From positions 32,001 to 96,000 of the forward strand of contig CAWEPK010000005.1 of NCBI GenBank assembly GCA_963810935.1: DNA of 64,000 bases. The letters run 5' to 3'. The notes beneath the pieces are model-generated. The model was not told the origin of the DNA. It ran no database searches and was given only the letters and a program-made list of their open reading frames with translations. This document shows positions 11,347-22,297 of the stretch, piece by piece. Origin of the DNA: an uncultured delta proteobacterium (lineage in GTDB: Bacteria > Desulfobacterota > Syntrophorhabdia > Syntrophorhabdales > WCHB1-27). The position numbers were made by a program, and so were the translations under genes. Position 1 is the stretch's first letter. Each line of letters begins with the position of its first letter.

Positions 11347-11601
11347 TTAATTGCTGACTATATATCCCATGTCCGGCTGAAGCGTGGGCTGTTTTGCAAT
11401 GCCCGTCGCCGCAGCAGTGTTCGAGGGGTCTACAAAAACCATAGCCTTTTGAAAGGCCCTTTTGAACCATCGGTGTACCGGAACAACCGAGTTGACCTGC
11501 AGGTTCTGCACCCATCCGATCCCTGACGCCGAGGGGAAGAAACCGAGCACGGCGATGCAATAGTGATCCGTGCCGGGCGGCAATTGATAGGACACTATAG
11601 G
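11347..11601 (-). pseudogene. Diverged duplicate of the 3' end of the 11786-13411 gene
   Basis: LPPGTDHYCIAVLGFFPS...WFKRAFQ...GIAKQP aligns to LPPGTDHYCVAALGVFPS...WFKRAFQ...GIAKQP. Confidence 0.85.
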
Positions 11602-11789
11602 ATACCGAAATCGGAGAACATTGCGATAAAGCCGATGAAGATCTTCGCAAAATTAACGATCCCGTAATCCACTGACGAAAGGTGGCGGGCCAGGATGATA
11701 TTCGAAAGCACCGCCGAACCAAAAAACACGCCGGATACGATTGCGTTGTATCCGATATTAACAGTCGTCCTGGCCCCGATTCCGTTCAT
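11595..11789 (-). pseudogene. Truncated Wzx flippase N-terminus (64 codons)
   Basis: IILARHLSSVDYG...FSDFGI flippase N-terminal motif then TAG; ATG overlaps upstream stop (ATGA). Confidence 0.8.
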
Positions 11790-13411
11790 GCCTTTTTTGT
11801 GGAAATATAGTATCGATAAACGAGGAGGGGGCGCACTGACAAAAGAGCTTCCTGTTTCCTTTCCTGACTGCCGACAACTGCTCCGGTGGTCCGTTGAAGC
11901 ATAGGCTGTTTCGCTATGCCCGTTAGCGCCGCTGTGTTCGAGGGATTTAAAAAAACCGTAGCGTTTTGGAAGGCCCTCTTGAACCATTGCCTGGCAGGAA
12001 CTATCGAATTGATCTGCAGGTTCTGCACCCAGCCGGTGCCCAACGCCGAGGGGAAGACCCCGAGCGCGGCCACGCAGTAGTGGTCCGTTCCGGGGGGCAA
12101 CGGCAAGGAGACGTTATAGGCTTTCCAGTCATAGGTGCCCAGATCGAAAGGCAAATCGGCGCCCGCCTGAAGGAGCGCATTGTTCGCATCATAAAACTTT
12201 CCCAGAAGCGCGAACCTCATCCAGGAGACAGAGCCCGCTCGCACATTGGAACCCTTGGCCGAGCACGATATGTTGAGGGTGCCCCTATTCGAGCCGGCAA
12301 GACCGATGCATCGGCTCGTGTATGCTCCGTTCGACCCCTTGCTCGCAAATTGCAAGGCCGGAATTCCGTTGTCTTGGACGATACTGACACCGCTCGTCGC
12401 TGCCCAGCCTGTCATGCCGTTTGACATCGGACGCTGGATTACCGTTGATGCGAACGATGAAGGCGGCAGCGACTCCAGTGCCGGACCCAAATCCGATGTA
12501 TACTCCGCCCACGAGGTCAACGGTGTGCCGGATGCCGGGGCGTCGAAGGAGAAATAGGCGTTTTGGTTACATAGCAGCAGGAAGCTCGCAAAACAGAAGA
12601 GGAATTGTCTATGAAGCGCATCCCCGCTCCCCCGTGAGCCGCTGTGGACCAGCGCCATCTTATTGAGCTTCAGGAGGTCGGCAAAAGCTTGCATTTCCGA
12701 AAGCCACTGTACGCTGTCCTCGTAATGATCAACCGCCTGCCAGGACCCGTGGACGAACCCCTCCATCATTATCCCATCCACGTGCTCGATATATTCTTTT
12801 GCGTCGTCACAATTGATGATAATCGTCTTGTCCGGTAAAGCGGCCTTAACATCCTTCAGAAAGGAAGAGACGGCGGCGCTGTACGACTGAACGTAAGCAG
12901 GGTTTACGGTAGCGGGGGTTTTTCCGCCTTCGACGACAAAACCTTCCGGATTTATCTTTGCATACACATCGTCGAGGAATATGCCGTCAAACATTGGATA
13001 AGCAGCGAGTTTCTTCCCGAGGTACCGCATGAGATGCCGGCGGAACCCGGCATTGGTTATATCCATGAGGTACCAGCCGAAGGGTTCCTTTACCAAACGT
13101 TTGTTTGTCGCCGCGTCCCTTACGAACCAGTCGGGGTGTTTCGAGGCCTCGCTAAAATCGTCGTAAGAGGTTATCATGCCGGCCAGATCGCGGTAGAATA
13201 TCACCTTGATGGCCGGATTTATTCGCTTGACCTTTGCAACCGAGGCGCTCTTCCACCATTCCGTTATAACGAGATCGTAGGTCTTCGCTATACCGGCCGG
13301 ATACTTGTCCAATAAGGGAGAAGAGCCGTAAACCGTTATGTGACGTTTGAACGGTTCATGGGCAAACCCCGCCGAAGTAAAACCGATTAAAAATAAGGCA
13401 CGCAAGGGCAA
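11786..13411 (-). CDS. Secreted putative glycoside hydrolase (TIM-barrel-like) with CBM-like insertion
   Basis: Signal-like N-terminus; HPDWF, FDGIFLDD, DGIMMEGF; beta-rich segment GTYDWKAY. Confidence 0.65.
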   Translation of the reverse strand: MPLRALFLIGFTSAGFAHEPFKRHITVYGSSPLLDKYPAGIAKTYDLVITEWWKSASVAKVKRINPAIKVIFYRDLAGMITSYDDFSEASKHPDWFVRDAATNKRLVKEPFGWYLMDITNAGFRRHLMRYLGKKLAAYPMFDGIFLDDVYAKINPEGFVVEGGKTPATVNPAYVQSYSAAVSSFLKDVKAALPDKTIIINCDDAKEYIEHVDGIMMEGFVHGSWQAVDHYEDSVQWLSEMQAFADLLKLNKMALVHSGSRGSGDALHRQFLFCFASFLLLCNQNAYFSFDAPASGTPLTSWAEYTSDLGPALESLPPSSFASTVIQRPMSNGMTGWAATSGVSIVQDNGIPALQFASKGSNGAYTSRCIGLAGSNRGTLNISCSAKGSNVRAGSVSWMRFALLGKFYDANNALLQAGADLPFDLGTYDWKAYNVSLPLPPGTDHYCVAALGVFPSALGTGWVQNLQINSIVPARQWFKRAFQNATVFLNPSNTAALTGIAKQPMLQRTTGAVVGSQERKQEALLSVRPLLVYRYYISTKKA

Positions 13412-13565
13412 GTGAAAAAGCGCTTTTCATCATTATCATCATTACCCTTGGCGGATAGCGGGTAACTTCACCAATATCAGGACAAATGGGATATCGAATC
13501 AGGAAGGGCTACAAAATTACTTGATACTGTTTGTTTTTAAAACCAGCGTTTTGATGTTCTTGGAG

Positions 13566-13577
13566 CAGGCTACCGCC
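13566..13577 (-). promoter_or_regulatory. ops-like antitermination element
   Basis: Minus strand GGCGGTAGCCTG matches GGCGGTAGnnTG, in the leader of the polysaccharide genes. Confidence 0.6.
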
Positions 13578-13771
13578 GCTGGGTGATTCTCAACCCTTTG
13601 GACCTGCGAATTAAAATGTTAGTAAACATACTACTACCCAAATGCATTACACAACAGTACGTATTGTATTACGAACTTTATGGCGACGCAAACTATATTA
13701 AGTACGCAGCACAGAGCAATCACCATGAACCTGGATGAGCGACCGGACAAGCCCACCCGGCCACAAATATG

Positions 13772-13799
13772 TTATCGGTAGAAAAAACAAAAAATTTTA
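13772..13799 (-). promoter_or_regulatory. Possible sigma28-type promoter
   Basis: Minus strand TAAA-N16-ACCGATAA. Confidence 0.35.
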
Positions 13800-13960
13800 G
13801 TACGGTGGGTATCGTCTAAGGGGCGCCGTCTTAAGCTATCCGTTCAGGTTCAGTAAAAAGAGATACTTTTTACTCCAGTGGTACTCTAAGAAGCAGTGAA
13901 CGGCGAGACCGGAATAGAAGCCTGGGTTGCCTGGCTATGAAACACTCAACGGTGGCACGC

Positions 13961-15226
13961 TCACTGGAGGATCGCGTGCTGCACAAAAAACCGGACCATG
14001 ACCATGTTCCTGTGTGCTATGCTGGCAGGGCTCGCCGCCTTGTTGTCAATCCACACATAATTATAGGACCCTTCCATGTACAAGTCCCTGTTGAACTGGT
14101 ATCGGATGCCTGCGGAGCCATATACCGTATCTGAATTGATTGCTGTTGCCGAGAATTGCCCCGCCTGTGATTTGTTTAAGAAGTATCCGCTGCTCAGAGA
14201 GCCGGAAAGCTCATAGGTAAATTTGCGGCTGATATCGGCAGTGACAAACGTACGCTCGACAGCACCGAGCGAGCCGTAGGCAGGCATTACGTCCCGGCCG
14301 GAGGCCAGGTTCGCCGTTGTTTTCTCCCCGGCATATGCTAACGTCGCTTTCCCGACAAATCCTTGTCCCGTGCTCGTCACGTTTTGCGTAGTAAGTATCG
14401 GCGATATAGAAACCAGAGTGCCTCCAACAACAGTGCCCGTAAAGCCAGCCAATTGGGCCTGTTGGAAATATGCTTCCGTGTAGCGGCCGCCAACATCCAA
14501 CAGGATCTTCCATTTTTCCTGGATTGCGTATTCGAGGCCGGTTGTAGCCTCATAATTATCGAGCGTCAGCCCGGTGTAGCTGTACCTCGTATATCCAAGC
14601 GTAAACCGGGCCTTCGTGTTTTGCACGAAGTCTGAGACGTCCCGTAAAAAGGTGAGCGAGCTGGCATCGTACACTGTATCGACGCCGCGGTTGTCCCTGT
14701 ACCAATACTGCCCGTGGTCGTATGAGAGCGAAGCCGTTGTCAGGCTGGTAAGGGCATAATCGGTCGTGAAACCTTCCGACGAAACCTCTCTTCTTAATGC
14801 ATTCAATACAAGACCTGATGTAAAGAGCTCTCTATCCGGTCTCGAATCGCGGTCGAATGCGCCCCGCAGGGAGACAGTCAGCTTGGGGGTGAAAGCATAT
14901 TTTAAGGCAGCCTTGTAGAACTGGTCCGTGGAATTGAAATCGGGGTTGTCCTTGTAAAGAAGCTGATCGACCCGGGCGCTCACGTCCAGGTTGAGTTTCT
15001 CGGTATTCGTCAGGAGCTGCAAGCCCCCGGACGTCGTGCTTATGTAATCGTGGAACTTCTGACTTGAAGGAGCGTTGTTCGGGGCCAGGAAGATATTGTC
15101 GCTATATTCCAGCTTTTCCGCCACGGACGGCAGGAGACGGAATTCGGCAGCACGTGCAAAAGACGGTAAACATATTAAGGCAAACAGCAGGAGGGAGAGT
15201 ACATCCCATTTCCCTGTCTTGACCAA
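13961..15226 (-). CDS. Outer-membrane beta-barrel protein (EPS export associated)
   Basis: Signal peptide, EYSDNIF motif, alternating aromatic beta strands; follows OPX gene. Confidence 0.75.
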   Translation of the reverse strand: MVKTGKWDVLSLLLFALICLPSFARAAEFRLLPSVAEKLEYSDNIFLAPNNAPSSQKFHDYISTTSGGLQLLTNTEKLNLDVSARVDQLLYKDNPDFNSTDQFYKAALKYAFTPKLTVSLRGAFDRDSRPDRELFTSGLVLNALRREVSSEGFTTDYALTSLTTASLSYDHGQYWYRDNRGVDTVYDASSLTFLRDVSDFVQNTKARFTLGYTRYSYTGLTLDNYEATTGLEYAIQEKWKILLDVGGRYTEAYFQQAQLAGFTGTVVGGTLVSISPILTTQNVTSTGQGFVGKATLAYAGEKTTANLASGRDVMPAYGSLGAVERTFVTADISRKFTYELSGSLSSGYFLNKSQAGQFSATAINSDTVYGSAGIRYQFNRDLYMEGSYNYVWIDNKAASPASIAHRNMVMVRFFVQHAILQ

Positions 15227-15250
15227 GCAGACCCCCTTTCCGGCCCCGCA

Positions 15251-15883
15251 TCACGGCACGACAACGATGTCGCCTCGCTTGAGCTCGATATTTTCTTCCA
15301 GGTTTTTCCCATCTACCACATCGTCATAGTGGAACCGGAAAATCTTCGTCTTGCCGTCCTCCTGGCGGAAAACCTTGATGCTCTGCCGCTTGGCGAAGGG
15401 GTTGAGCCCCCCCGCTATTGCCAGGGCCTGAAGGACATTGGTATTTGTGTTCACTGTAATCCTTCCGCTTGCAATTGAGTTCACCCGCCCTATGACGTAG
15501 ATAAGCATGCTGTTGATCTGCCTGACGTCTACGTTAAGCACCGGCTCGGAGACATATTCGGATATCTTCTGCTCCACCTCGGCCTTCAGCTCTCTCAAGG
15601 TCTTGCCTGACGCCTTTATGAGGCCCAAAAGAGGAAAGGAGATGGTGCCGTCCGGCAGTACCACCACGTCTTTTGTCAGGGCCTCGTCTTTCCAGACCGA
15701 GATTGCGACAACGTCGCCGGGACCGATCTGGTATTTGGAATCGACGCTTTCGGTGCCGGTTGCAGGGTCTACTTTCTTGACGGTCACACTGTTTTGTGAA
15801 GGAGCGGCCGGCTTCTTTTCCGCCGACCAGGCAAAAGAGGCCGCCATGAGGACCAAAAAGAGGGCCAAAAACAACTTCTTCAC
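15251..15883 (-). CDS. Polysaccharide export OPX (Wza-like) protein, short type
   Basis: YQIGPGD, VLPDGTISFPLLG, ALAIAGGL, LKRGDIVVVP. Confidence 0.9.
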   Translation of the reverse strand: MKKLFLALFLVLMAASFAWSAEKKPAAPSQNSVTVKKVDPATGTESVDSKYQIGPGDVVAISVWKDEALTKDVVVLPDGTISFPLLGLIKASGKTLRELKAEVEQKISEYVSEPVLNVDVRQINSMLIYVIGRVNSIASGRITVNTNTNVLQALAIAGGLNPFAKRQSIKVFRQEDGKTKIFRFHYDDVVDGKNLEENIELKRGDIVVVP

Positions 15884-16082
15884 TTTGTTACACCTCCGTT
15901 GAAGCTATAACGGAACGAAGGGAAACGCCTCGTCTCTTGAATCAAGAAGAACATTACCAAATATGACCGGTTTAATGCAACAACAAAATATGAAAAAACC
16001 AGGCTACGGCTCGCAAATCGGGTGGAACAAGGTCGGTGCGGGCTGAAGAGTAAGCAATTCGCAGGGCCACACCCGGCTCCCG

Positions 16083-17021
16083 TTACTTGCCTTGTCGCTT
16101 CCCGCGCCTGTACCACTCTATCGTCTTTTGCAGTCCTTCCCGAAAAGCCGTCTTTGCGGTAAACCCGAACTCCGCACCGGCCCTGGCGGTATCGAGCATC
16201 CTTCGGGGTTGTCCGTCCGGCCTGGCCGTATCCCAGGCTACCTTGCCGCTAAACCCTGTGAGCTCCACTATTAAAGCAACAAGGTCTTCGATCGATATCT
16301 CGAAGCCCGCCCCGATGTTCACAGGCTCGCTCTTGTTATAACGCTCCGTCGCCAGGATTACCGCCTCGGCGGCGTCCTCGACGTAGAAAAATTCCCGCGT
16401 GGCCTTGCCCGTTCCCCAGACTACGATCTCGTTCTCTCCGCTGTCAATTGCATCGACACACTTCTTAATCAGGGCCGGGATCACGTGTGAAGACGAGGGG
16501 TCGAAGTTGTCTCCCGGTCCGTAAAGGTTGACGGGCAGGAGGAAAATGGAATTGAAACCGTACTGCCGGCGATACGCCTGCGACTGGACGAGCATCATCT
16601 TTTTGGCCAGGCCGTACGGCGCGTTCGTCTCTTCAGGGTAGCCGTCCCAGAGATTGTCCTCCCTGAACGGCACGGGGGTGAACTTAGGGTAGGCGCAGAT
16701 CGTGCCGAGAGCCACGAACTTATCGATGCCGTGCGTGTAACCTTCGTGGAGGAGCTGGACCCCCATCATCGCGTTCTCGTAAAAAAGGGAGGCCGGGTTC
16801 TCCTGGTTGAAGCCTATCCCGCCCACCTTCGCCGCGAGATGAATCACTATATCCGGCCGCGTCTCCTCATAAAGACGCCGCACATCGGTCATATCGACGA
16901 GGTTGTACCCGGGCACGTCCGCTATAGCAAGGTTGCCATAGCCCAACTCCCGCATCCGCCTGACGAGATGCGTGCCGAGAAAACCCTTACCGCCGGTGAT
17001 GGTGATCCGCTTATCCTTCAT
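16083..17021 (-). CDS. fcl: GDP-L-fucose synthase
   Basis: [39 protein letters not shown]. Confidence 0.95.
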   Translation of the reverse strand: MKDKRITITGGKGFLGTHLVRRMRELGYGNLAIADVPGYNLVDMTDVRRLYEETRPDIVIHLAAKVGGIGFNQENPASLFYENAMMGVQLLHEGYTHGIDKFVALGTICAYPKFTPVPFREDNLWDGYPEETNAPYGLAKKMMLVQSQAYRRQYGFNSIFLLPVNLYGPGDNFDPSSSHVIPALIKKCVDAIDSGENEIVVWGTGKATREFFYVEDAAEAVILATERYNKSEPVNIGAGFEISIEDLVALIVELTGFSGKVAWDTARPDGQPRRMLDTARAGAEFGFTAKTAFREGLQKTIEWYRRGKRQGK

Positions 17022-17039
17022 CGCCGTTCGCAAGCTGCT

Positions 17040-18182
17040 TTAATGCTCCCTGATCTGCTCGTAGATCGAAAAGTCGTGGTTCGTATAGTCGAAACCCTTG
17101 CTCCTGCATGCAGCCAGGCCCTCACGTGCGGAAGACAGCCCCACCGATTGGACGTCGCAGTCAACCATAATCTTGACCAGCTCTCCGAAGGTCACCCGCG
17201 GCTCCCAGCCGAGGACGCGGCGGGCCTTCGAGATATCGGCATGGAGTGCCTCGACTTCCGTCGGCCTGAAATAGCGGGGATCGACGTGGACCAGGGCCGC
17301 GCCCGGCGCAAGGTGCTCCCATCTGGAGGAGGCGACTATGCCTACCTCGTTCACTCCCCCATCGCGCCATTCGAGCTGCACGCCCATATACGAGAAAGCC
17401 GCATCGATGAACTCCTTAACCGTGTGGCTCTCTCCTGTCCCTACAACGTAATCGTCGGGCCGCTCCTGCTGGAGCATCAGGTGCATCATCTCTACGTACT
17501 CCGGGGCAAAGCCCCAGTCGCGCAAGGCACGCAAGTTGCCCATGTAGAGTTTCTTCTGGGTACCCTTGAGGATGTTCGCCACGGCGCGGGTAATCTTGCG
17601 CGTGACGAACGTCTCGCCCCGCCTCGGCGATTCGTGGTTGAAAAGGATGCCGTTGCAGGCGAAAAGTCCATAGCCTTCCCGATAGTTGACCGCCATCCAG
17701 TAAGCATAGAGCTTCGACGCAGCGTAGGGGCTTCGAGGGTGGAAGGGCGTCTTCTCGCTCTGTGGGGGCGGCGATGCGCCGAAAAGCTCTGATGAAGAGG
17801 CCTGATAGTACCTGGTACTGATCCCGCTCCTGCGTATCGCCTCAAGGAGCCGCGTGGTCCCCATGCCGGTCGCATCTCCGGTGTACTCGGGCATATCGAA
17901 GCTCACCCTGACGTGGCTCTGCGCGCCCAGGTGGTATATCTCCTCGGGCCTGATGTTATAGACAAGGTTGCCAAGCTGACCGGAATCGGAAAGGTCGCCG
18001 TAATGGAGGAAAAGGCGTGCGCCCGGCTGGTGCGGGTCCGTGTAGATATGGTCGATCCTGCCTGTATTGAACGTACTCGCCCGTCTGATCAGGCCATGCA
18101 CCTCATAGTCCTTTGACAGGAGGAATTCCGCCAGGTAAGAGCCGTCCTGACCCGTTATGCCCGTGATAAGAGCGCGACGCAT
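17040..18182 (-). CDS. gmd: GDP-mannose 4,6-dehydratase
   Basis: [39 protein letters not shown]. Confidence 0.97.
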   Translation of the reverse strand: MRRALITGITGQDGSYLAEFLLSKDYEVHGLIRRASTFNTGRIDHIYTDPHQPGARLFLHYGDLSDSGQLGNLVYNIRPEEIYHLGAQSHVRVSFDMPEYTGDATGMGTTRLLEAIRRSGISTRYYQASSSELFGASPPPQSEKTPFHPRSPYAASKLYAYWMAVNYREGYGLFACNGILFNHESPRRGETFVTRKITRAVANILKGTQKKLYMGNLRALRDWGFAPEYVEMMHLMLQQERPDDYVVGTGESHTVKEFIDAAFSYMGVQLEWRDGGVNEVGIVASSRWEHLAPGAALVHVDPRYFRPTEVEALHADISKARRVLGWEPRVTFGELVKIMVDCDVQSVGLSSAREGLAACRSKGFDYTNHDFSIYEQIREH

Positions 18183-18407
18183 TGCACTACCTTCCACTTT
18201 CCTTTAACCGTGAGGATTATCATTCCCCCAGGCTGCGCGAAGTAACTTAATACGAACCTATAGAAGCGTAAATAGTATTTATCTTATTACAAAGTCCCGA
18301 CGACAGGCAAATAATATCGAACCGGGCAGATATCGACTACGCGCCCTTTTCGCATCTTTTCGCTTGCTTTTTGCCTCTCAGGCGTTAAAATGGGTAAGGC
18401 AAAGGCC

Positions 18408-18743
18408 ATGCATATACTGATAAACTGGTTCGTCACTACCGTCGCAATCCTTATCGCCGCCTATCTTCTGCCCGGAATCGCCATCAAGGGCCTGGCAGCC
18501 GCCATTGTTGCCGCCCTCGTCCTGGGTCTTATCAATGCAGTCATCAAGCCCGTGCTTATCATCCTGACCCTGCCCCTAAACATCCTTACCCTCGGTCTTT
18601 TCACATTCGTGCTGAATGCCCTGCTCGTCCTTCTGACGAGCGCCATCGTCCCGGGCTTCTACGTGCGAAGCTTCCTGTGGGCCCTCCTTTTCAGCTTTGT
18701 TTTTTCAATAGTGAGCTTCGTTATCCATCGCATAGTAGGTTAG
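18408..18743 (+). CDS. Phage holin family 4 / YvlD-like membrane protein
   Basis: LGLINAVIKP.L..LTLPLNILTLGLF.FVLNA signature. Confidence 0.85.
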   Translation: MHILINWFVTTVAILIAAYLLPGIAIKGLAAAIVAALVLGLINAVIKPVLIILTLPLNILTLGLFTFVLNALLVLLTSAIVPGFYVRSFLWALLFSFVFSIVSFVIHRIVG

Positions 18744-18867
18744 GCAGTTTCTCCTCCTTTTGTGCCGCATTACCACTTTCTTTCCTTTTCTTTCCGCTGG
18801 GATTGACATGCCCCGAAACATAATTACATTACGATTAATTTTTCGGTATGAAAGGAGGTTAGAAAGA

Positions 18868-19208
18868 ATGAACAGAAACAGGATTTTCATCATCATGCTC
18901 GTCCTCGGTCTCATGGCCGCGTGGTCCCTCGGTGTCTCCGATGCGCTCGCGGGAGGCAAGAAAAGCCAGGACCAGCAGAACCAGCAGAGCAGTGGCTCGG
19001 ACCGCTCGATGACGAACTCGGCATCGAGCCCTGACGCGAGCGGGGCGACCGGCAGGCTCAAACAGTAACATGGGCTCGCGGGCGGCTCCCCAGGGAAGCA
19101 GCGGGGGGTATGGCGCCGGCTCCAGCGGGATGTCCTCCAGCGGAAGCAGCAACCCGAACAACCCGAGCAACCCACCGAGCAGGCTCTACCGACTCCAGTA
19201 CAAGGTGA
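18868..19208 (+). CDS. Small secreted Gly/Ser-rich low-complexity protein (two apparent frameshifts)
   Basis: AGGAGG RBS, signal peptide; frame restored by removing one G at 19055 and at 19182. Confidence 0.55.
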
Positions 19209-19274
19209 GCTGCAAAAAGAAGGGCGCCCGACTTTCCGCAAGACGTCCTCGAATAGGACAGGCAGGTAAAGAAA

Positions 19275-19314
19275 GGCCACCCCGTTGCGACATCACAGTC
19301 GGCGCGGGGTGGCC
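19275..19314. terminator. Hairpin between convergent genes
   Basis: GGCCACCCCG...CGGGGTGGCC. Confidence 0.4.
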
Positions 19315-19356
19315 CGTGCAATGCTGGTTTCTTCTTTTTTGCGGCCTCTCTTTCGG

Positions 19357-20560
19357 CTACAATTCTATTAGGTCGATGGGTGTGCCGGTAACACGCTCCA
19401 GCTTCTCTTTACGGGCGATGAAATCGACTTCTATGCCTATTGCGCCTTTGCCCGGAAAGACGAATTTGGGCTCGAAGGCAAACACGTGGCCTTCAACGAG
19501 CATCCTTTTGTGGCGCCCCGTTACAACCGGCAGCTCGTTGATCTCAAGACCGAGCCCGTGGCCGATGAAGGATACCCGCTCGGGGCCGAAGCCCATAAAA
19601 TGCTGCTCCAGGCCGGCTTTTTTCGCAGCCGCGTAAGCCCTTTCGTATATGGCGGTGCAGTCTACGCCCTCTTTTCCGAAGGACCCCGCATCCTCCACGA
19701 TCTCCCGCGCGACCTCGAACGGTTTCCGGAACGTCTCGTCCAATGGCCCGACTACAAAAGACCTCGTCTCGTCCGTGATATAGCCGTTGTAGCCGCCGCC
19801 GTAATCGACCAGGACGGGGATGCCTTTTTGCACTGCGTGCATCGATGACCCCTGGGCAATTGCAGGTGTGACACCGAGGCCCGCAATAGGCACATCGCCC
19901 GCAGAAGCTACCGTCCCCGAGTATCCGGCCGTGACGTACAGGTTCATCATCTCCTGGTTGAGGCCCCTCATCCGCAGCATTCCCTGGTGGCCGTGCCGCC
20001 GGCCGGCCGCTACCAGCGCAGCGTCGATGTCGACCTCTCTCACGCCCTCTCTTATGACCTTCGGCGCTTCGGCGAAGATTGCATCACAGATGGCCCCCGA
20101 CCGGCGCACCTGCTCGATCTCGAACGGGCTTTTTACGATCCGGAGTCTCTTTTATAAGGTCTGATACGTCCACAAAATCGTTGAAGCCCATAAGGCCGCA
20201 AAGCCTCTGAAAAACCGCTACAGGGACGACGTCGAACTCCATGCCGCCCTTCCCCTTGAGGATCCCTTTTGCCCGGAGCGCATTCGCCATATCCCTGTCG
20301 CTCTTCGCTTCCATGACTGCAAGGGGCGTCTCCACCCGCGCGCGTCCTACGCTCCTTGCGACGAAGTAGAGCGGCTCGTCGTCGAGCGGGACGACGAGGG
20401 TGGCCCTCTGGGTCGAGCCGGTGAAATAGAATAGATCGACGTGCTGCACTATCACGCAGAAATCGATCCCCGACTTCGCCATCAGCGCCTTCAGGCCTGC
20501 TATCCTTGCGGCGATTTCTTCCTTAGGCGTGTGCTCACCCGCGGCGTGCTCTCTCAACAT
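19357..20560 (-). CDS. Xaa-Pro peptidase (M24) family; frameshift at about 20146
   Basis: Creatinase-like N-domain plus [22 protein letters not shown]; joined as IKELRIVKS. Confidence 0.85.
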
Positions 20561-22247
20561 GCTCCATCACCTTTCCGAAGACGTCTTCTTTCCGCACCCT
20601 GACGGGCGCTTCCTCGGCGCGCAGCTTGATATCGACGTTTCCTTCCTTGAGGCCCCTTTCGCCTACCGTGACGCGCAGGGGTATGCCGATAAGGTCGCAG
20701 TCCTTGAACTTGACGCCCGGCCTTTCGTCCCTGTCGTCCAAGAGAGTATCGACCCCGGCCGCCGAAAGGGCGCCGTAAAGGTCCGTGGCTATTTCCATGC
20801 TCTCGGCGTGGGACGTGTTTACAGGCAGGACCTCCACCTCGAAAGGCGCGATGGCGAAAGGCAGCGCGATGCCGTTGGCGTCATGGTTCTGCTCGATGGC
20901 CGCCGCAACCGTCCTACCCACCCCTATGCCGTAACAGCCCATGACGAACGGCCGTTCCTGTCCTTCGGAATCAAGGAAGGTCGCATTCATCGCCTCGCTG
21001 TATTTCGTCCCCAGCTTGAAGATATGGCCGACCTCGATGCCCCGTGTTGCGGTGAGGCGGCCGCCGCAGCGCGGGCACGCATCGCCGGCGCGCGCCACCT
21101 TGAGGTCGTAATAGCCTTCGACTTTGAAATCTGCGGGGTTGACTCCCGTTATATGGACATCCTTTTCGTTTCCGCCTACGACGAAATCCTCCATCGAAAG
21201 GATGTCGTTGTCTGCAAAAAGAGGGATGGAAAGGCCGATGGGGCCTGAAAAACCCAGGGGTCCGCCGGTGGCCTCTTCTATGATCGACTCGCCCGTAAGC
21301 TCAACGAATTTGAAGCCGGCGACGTTCTTGAGCTTGATCGGGTTTATCTCCCTGTCGCCCGCCACAAGGGCGCCCACAACCCCCCTGTCCGTCATAAAGA
21401 GAAGCGTCTTTACGAGCTTATCCGGGGGCACATCCAGGAATGCGGCCACTTCCTCAACCCGTTTCTTACCCGGCGTCTCCACGCGCTTATACGACCCGCC
21501 CGCCTTTTTCGCTGAAACCGGGGCAGCGGCCCCGACCTCGGCCCGCTCCAGGTTCGCCCCATAGTCGCAGGAATCGCAAGAGATGATAGTATCCTCGCCC
21601 GTGTCGGCAAGGACCATGAACTCATGCGAGAACTTGCCGCCTATCTCTCCCGTGTCTGCCTCTACTGCGCGGAACCGGAGGCTGCACCGCCTGAAAATGT
21701 TCTCGTAAGCGTGGTACATCTCCATGTAGCTCTTTTCCGCCCCCCGCTCGTCCGCGTCAAAGCTGTAAGCGTCCTTCATGATGAACTCTCTGGAGCGCAT
21801 CACGCCGAACCTGGGCCTTATCTCGTCGCGGAACTTCGTCTGTATCTGGTAAAGGTTGCGGGGCAGCTCGCGATATGAGCGCAGTTCCTTCCGAACGAGG
21901 TCGGTAATAACTTCTTCGTGCGTCGGGGCGAGGCAAAGCTCCCTGTCGTTCCGGTCTCTGAACCGCAAGAGCTCTTTGCCGTAGAAGTCCCACCTGCCGC
22001 TCTCCACCCACAGCTCTTTCGGCTGCACGGCAGGCATCAGTATCTCCTGTGCCCCGGCACGGTCCATTTCTTCTCTTATGATCCGCTCCACCTTCCGCAA
22101 CGACTTGAGGCCCAGCGGCAGCCACGTGTAGATGCCGGCGGAAAGCCGCCTTATAAAACCTGAGCGGAGCATAAGCTTGTGGCTTACTACTTCAGCCTCC
22201 TTCGGCTCCTCCTTCATCGTCGGCAAGAACATGCGAGAGAACAACAT
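20535..22247 (-). CDS. proS: Proline--tRNA ligase
   Basis: [39 protein letters not shown]; editing insertion. Confidence 0.97.
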   Translation of the reverse strand: MLFSRMFLPTMKEEPKEAEVVSHKLMLRSGFIRRLSAGIYTWLPLGLKSLRKVERIIREEMDRAGAQEILMPAVQPKELWVESGRWDFYGKELLRFRDRNDRELCLAPTHEEVITDLVRKELRSYRELPRNLYQIQTKFRDEIRPRFGVMRSREFIMKDAYSFDADERGAEKSYMEMYHAYENIFRRCSLRFRAVEADTGEIGGKFSHEFMVLADTGEDTIISCDSCDYGANLERAEVGAAAPVSAKKAGGSYKRVETPGKKRVEEVAAFLDVPPDKLVKTLLFMTDRGVVGALVAGDREINPIKLKNVAGFKFVELTGESIIEEATGGPLGFSGPIGLSIPLFADNDILSMEDFVVGGNEKDVHITGVNPADFKVEGYYDLKVARAGDACPRCGGRLTATRGIEVGHIFKLGTKYSEAMNATFLDSEGQERPFVMGCYGIGVGRTVAAAIEQNHDANGIALPFAIAPFEVEVLPVNTSHAESMEIATDLYGALSAAGVDTLLDDRDERPGVKFKDCDLIGIPLRVTVGERGLKEGNVDIKLRAEEAPVRVRKEDVFGKVMEHVERARRG

Positions 22248-22297
22248 CGGCTTACCCCCAGTCTTTAAAAGTCCGTCCTGCGTCTGTTTTTCAGAAG

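Noticed and set aside
18408..18743. Holin as evidence of a prophage
   Set aside because: YvlD-like proteins are common chromosomal genes and no phage genes are nearby.
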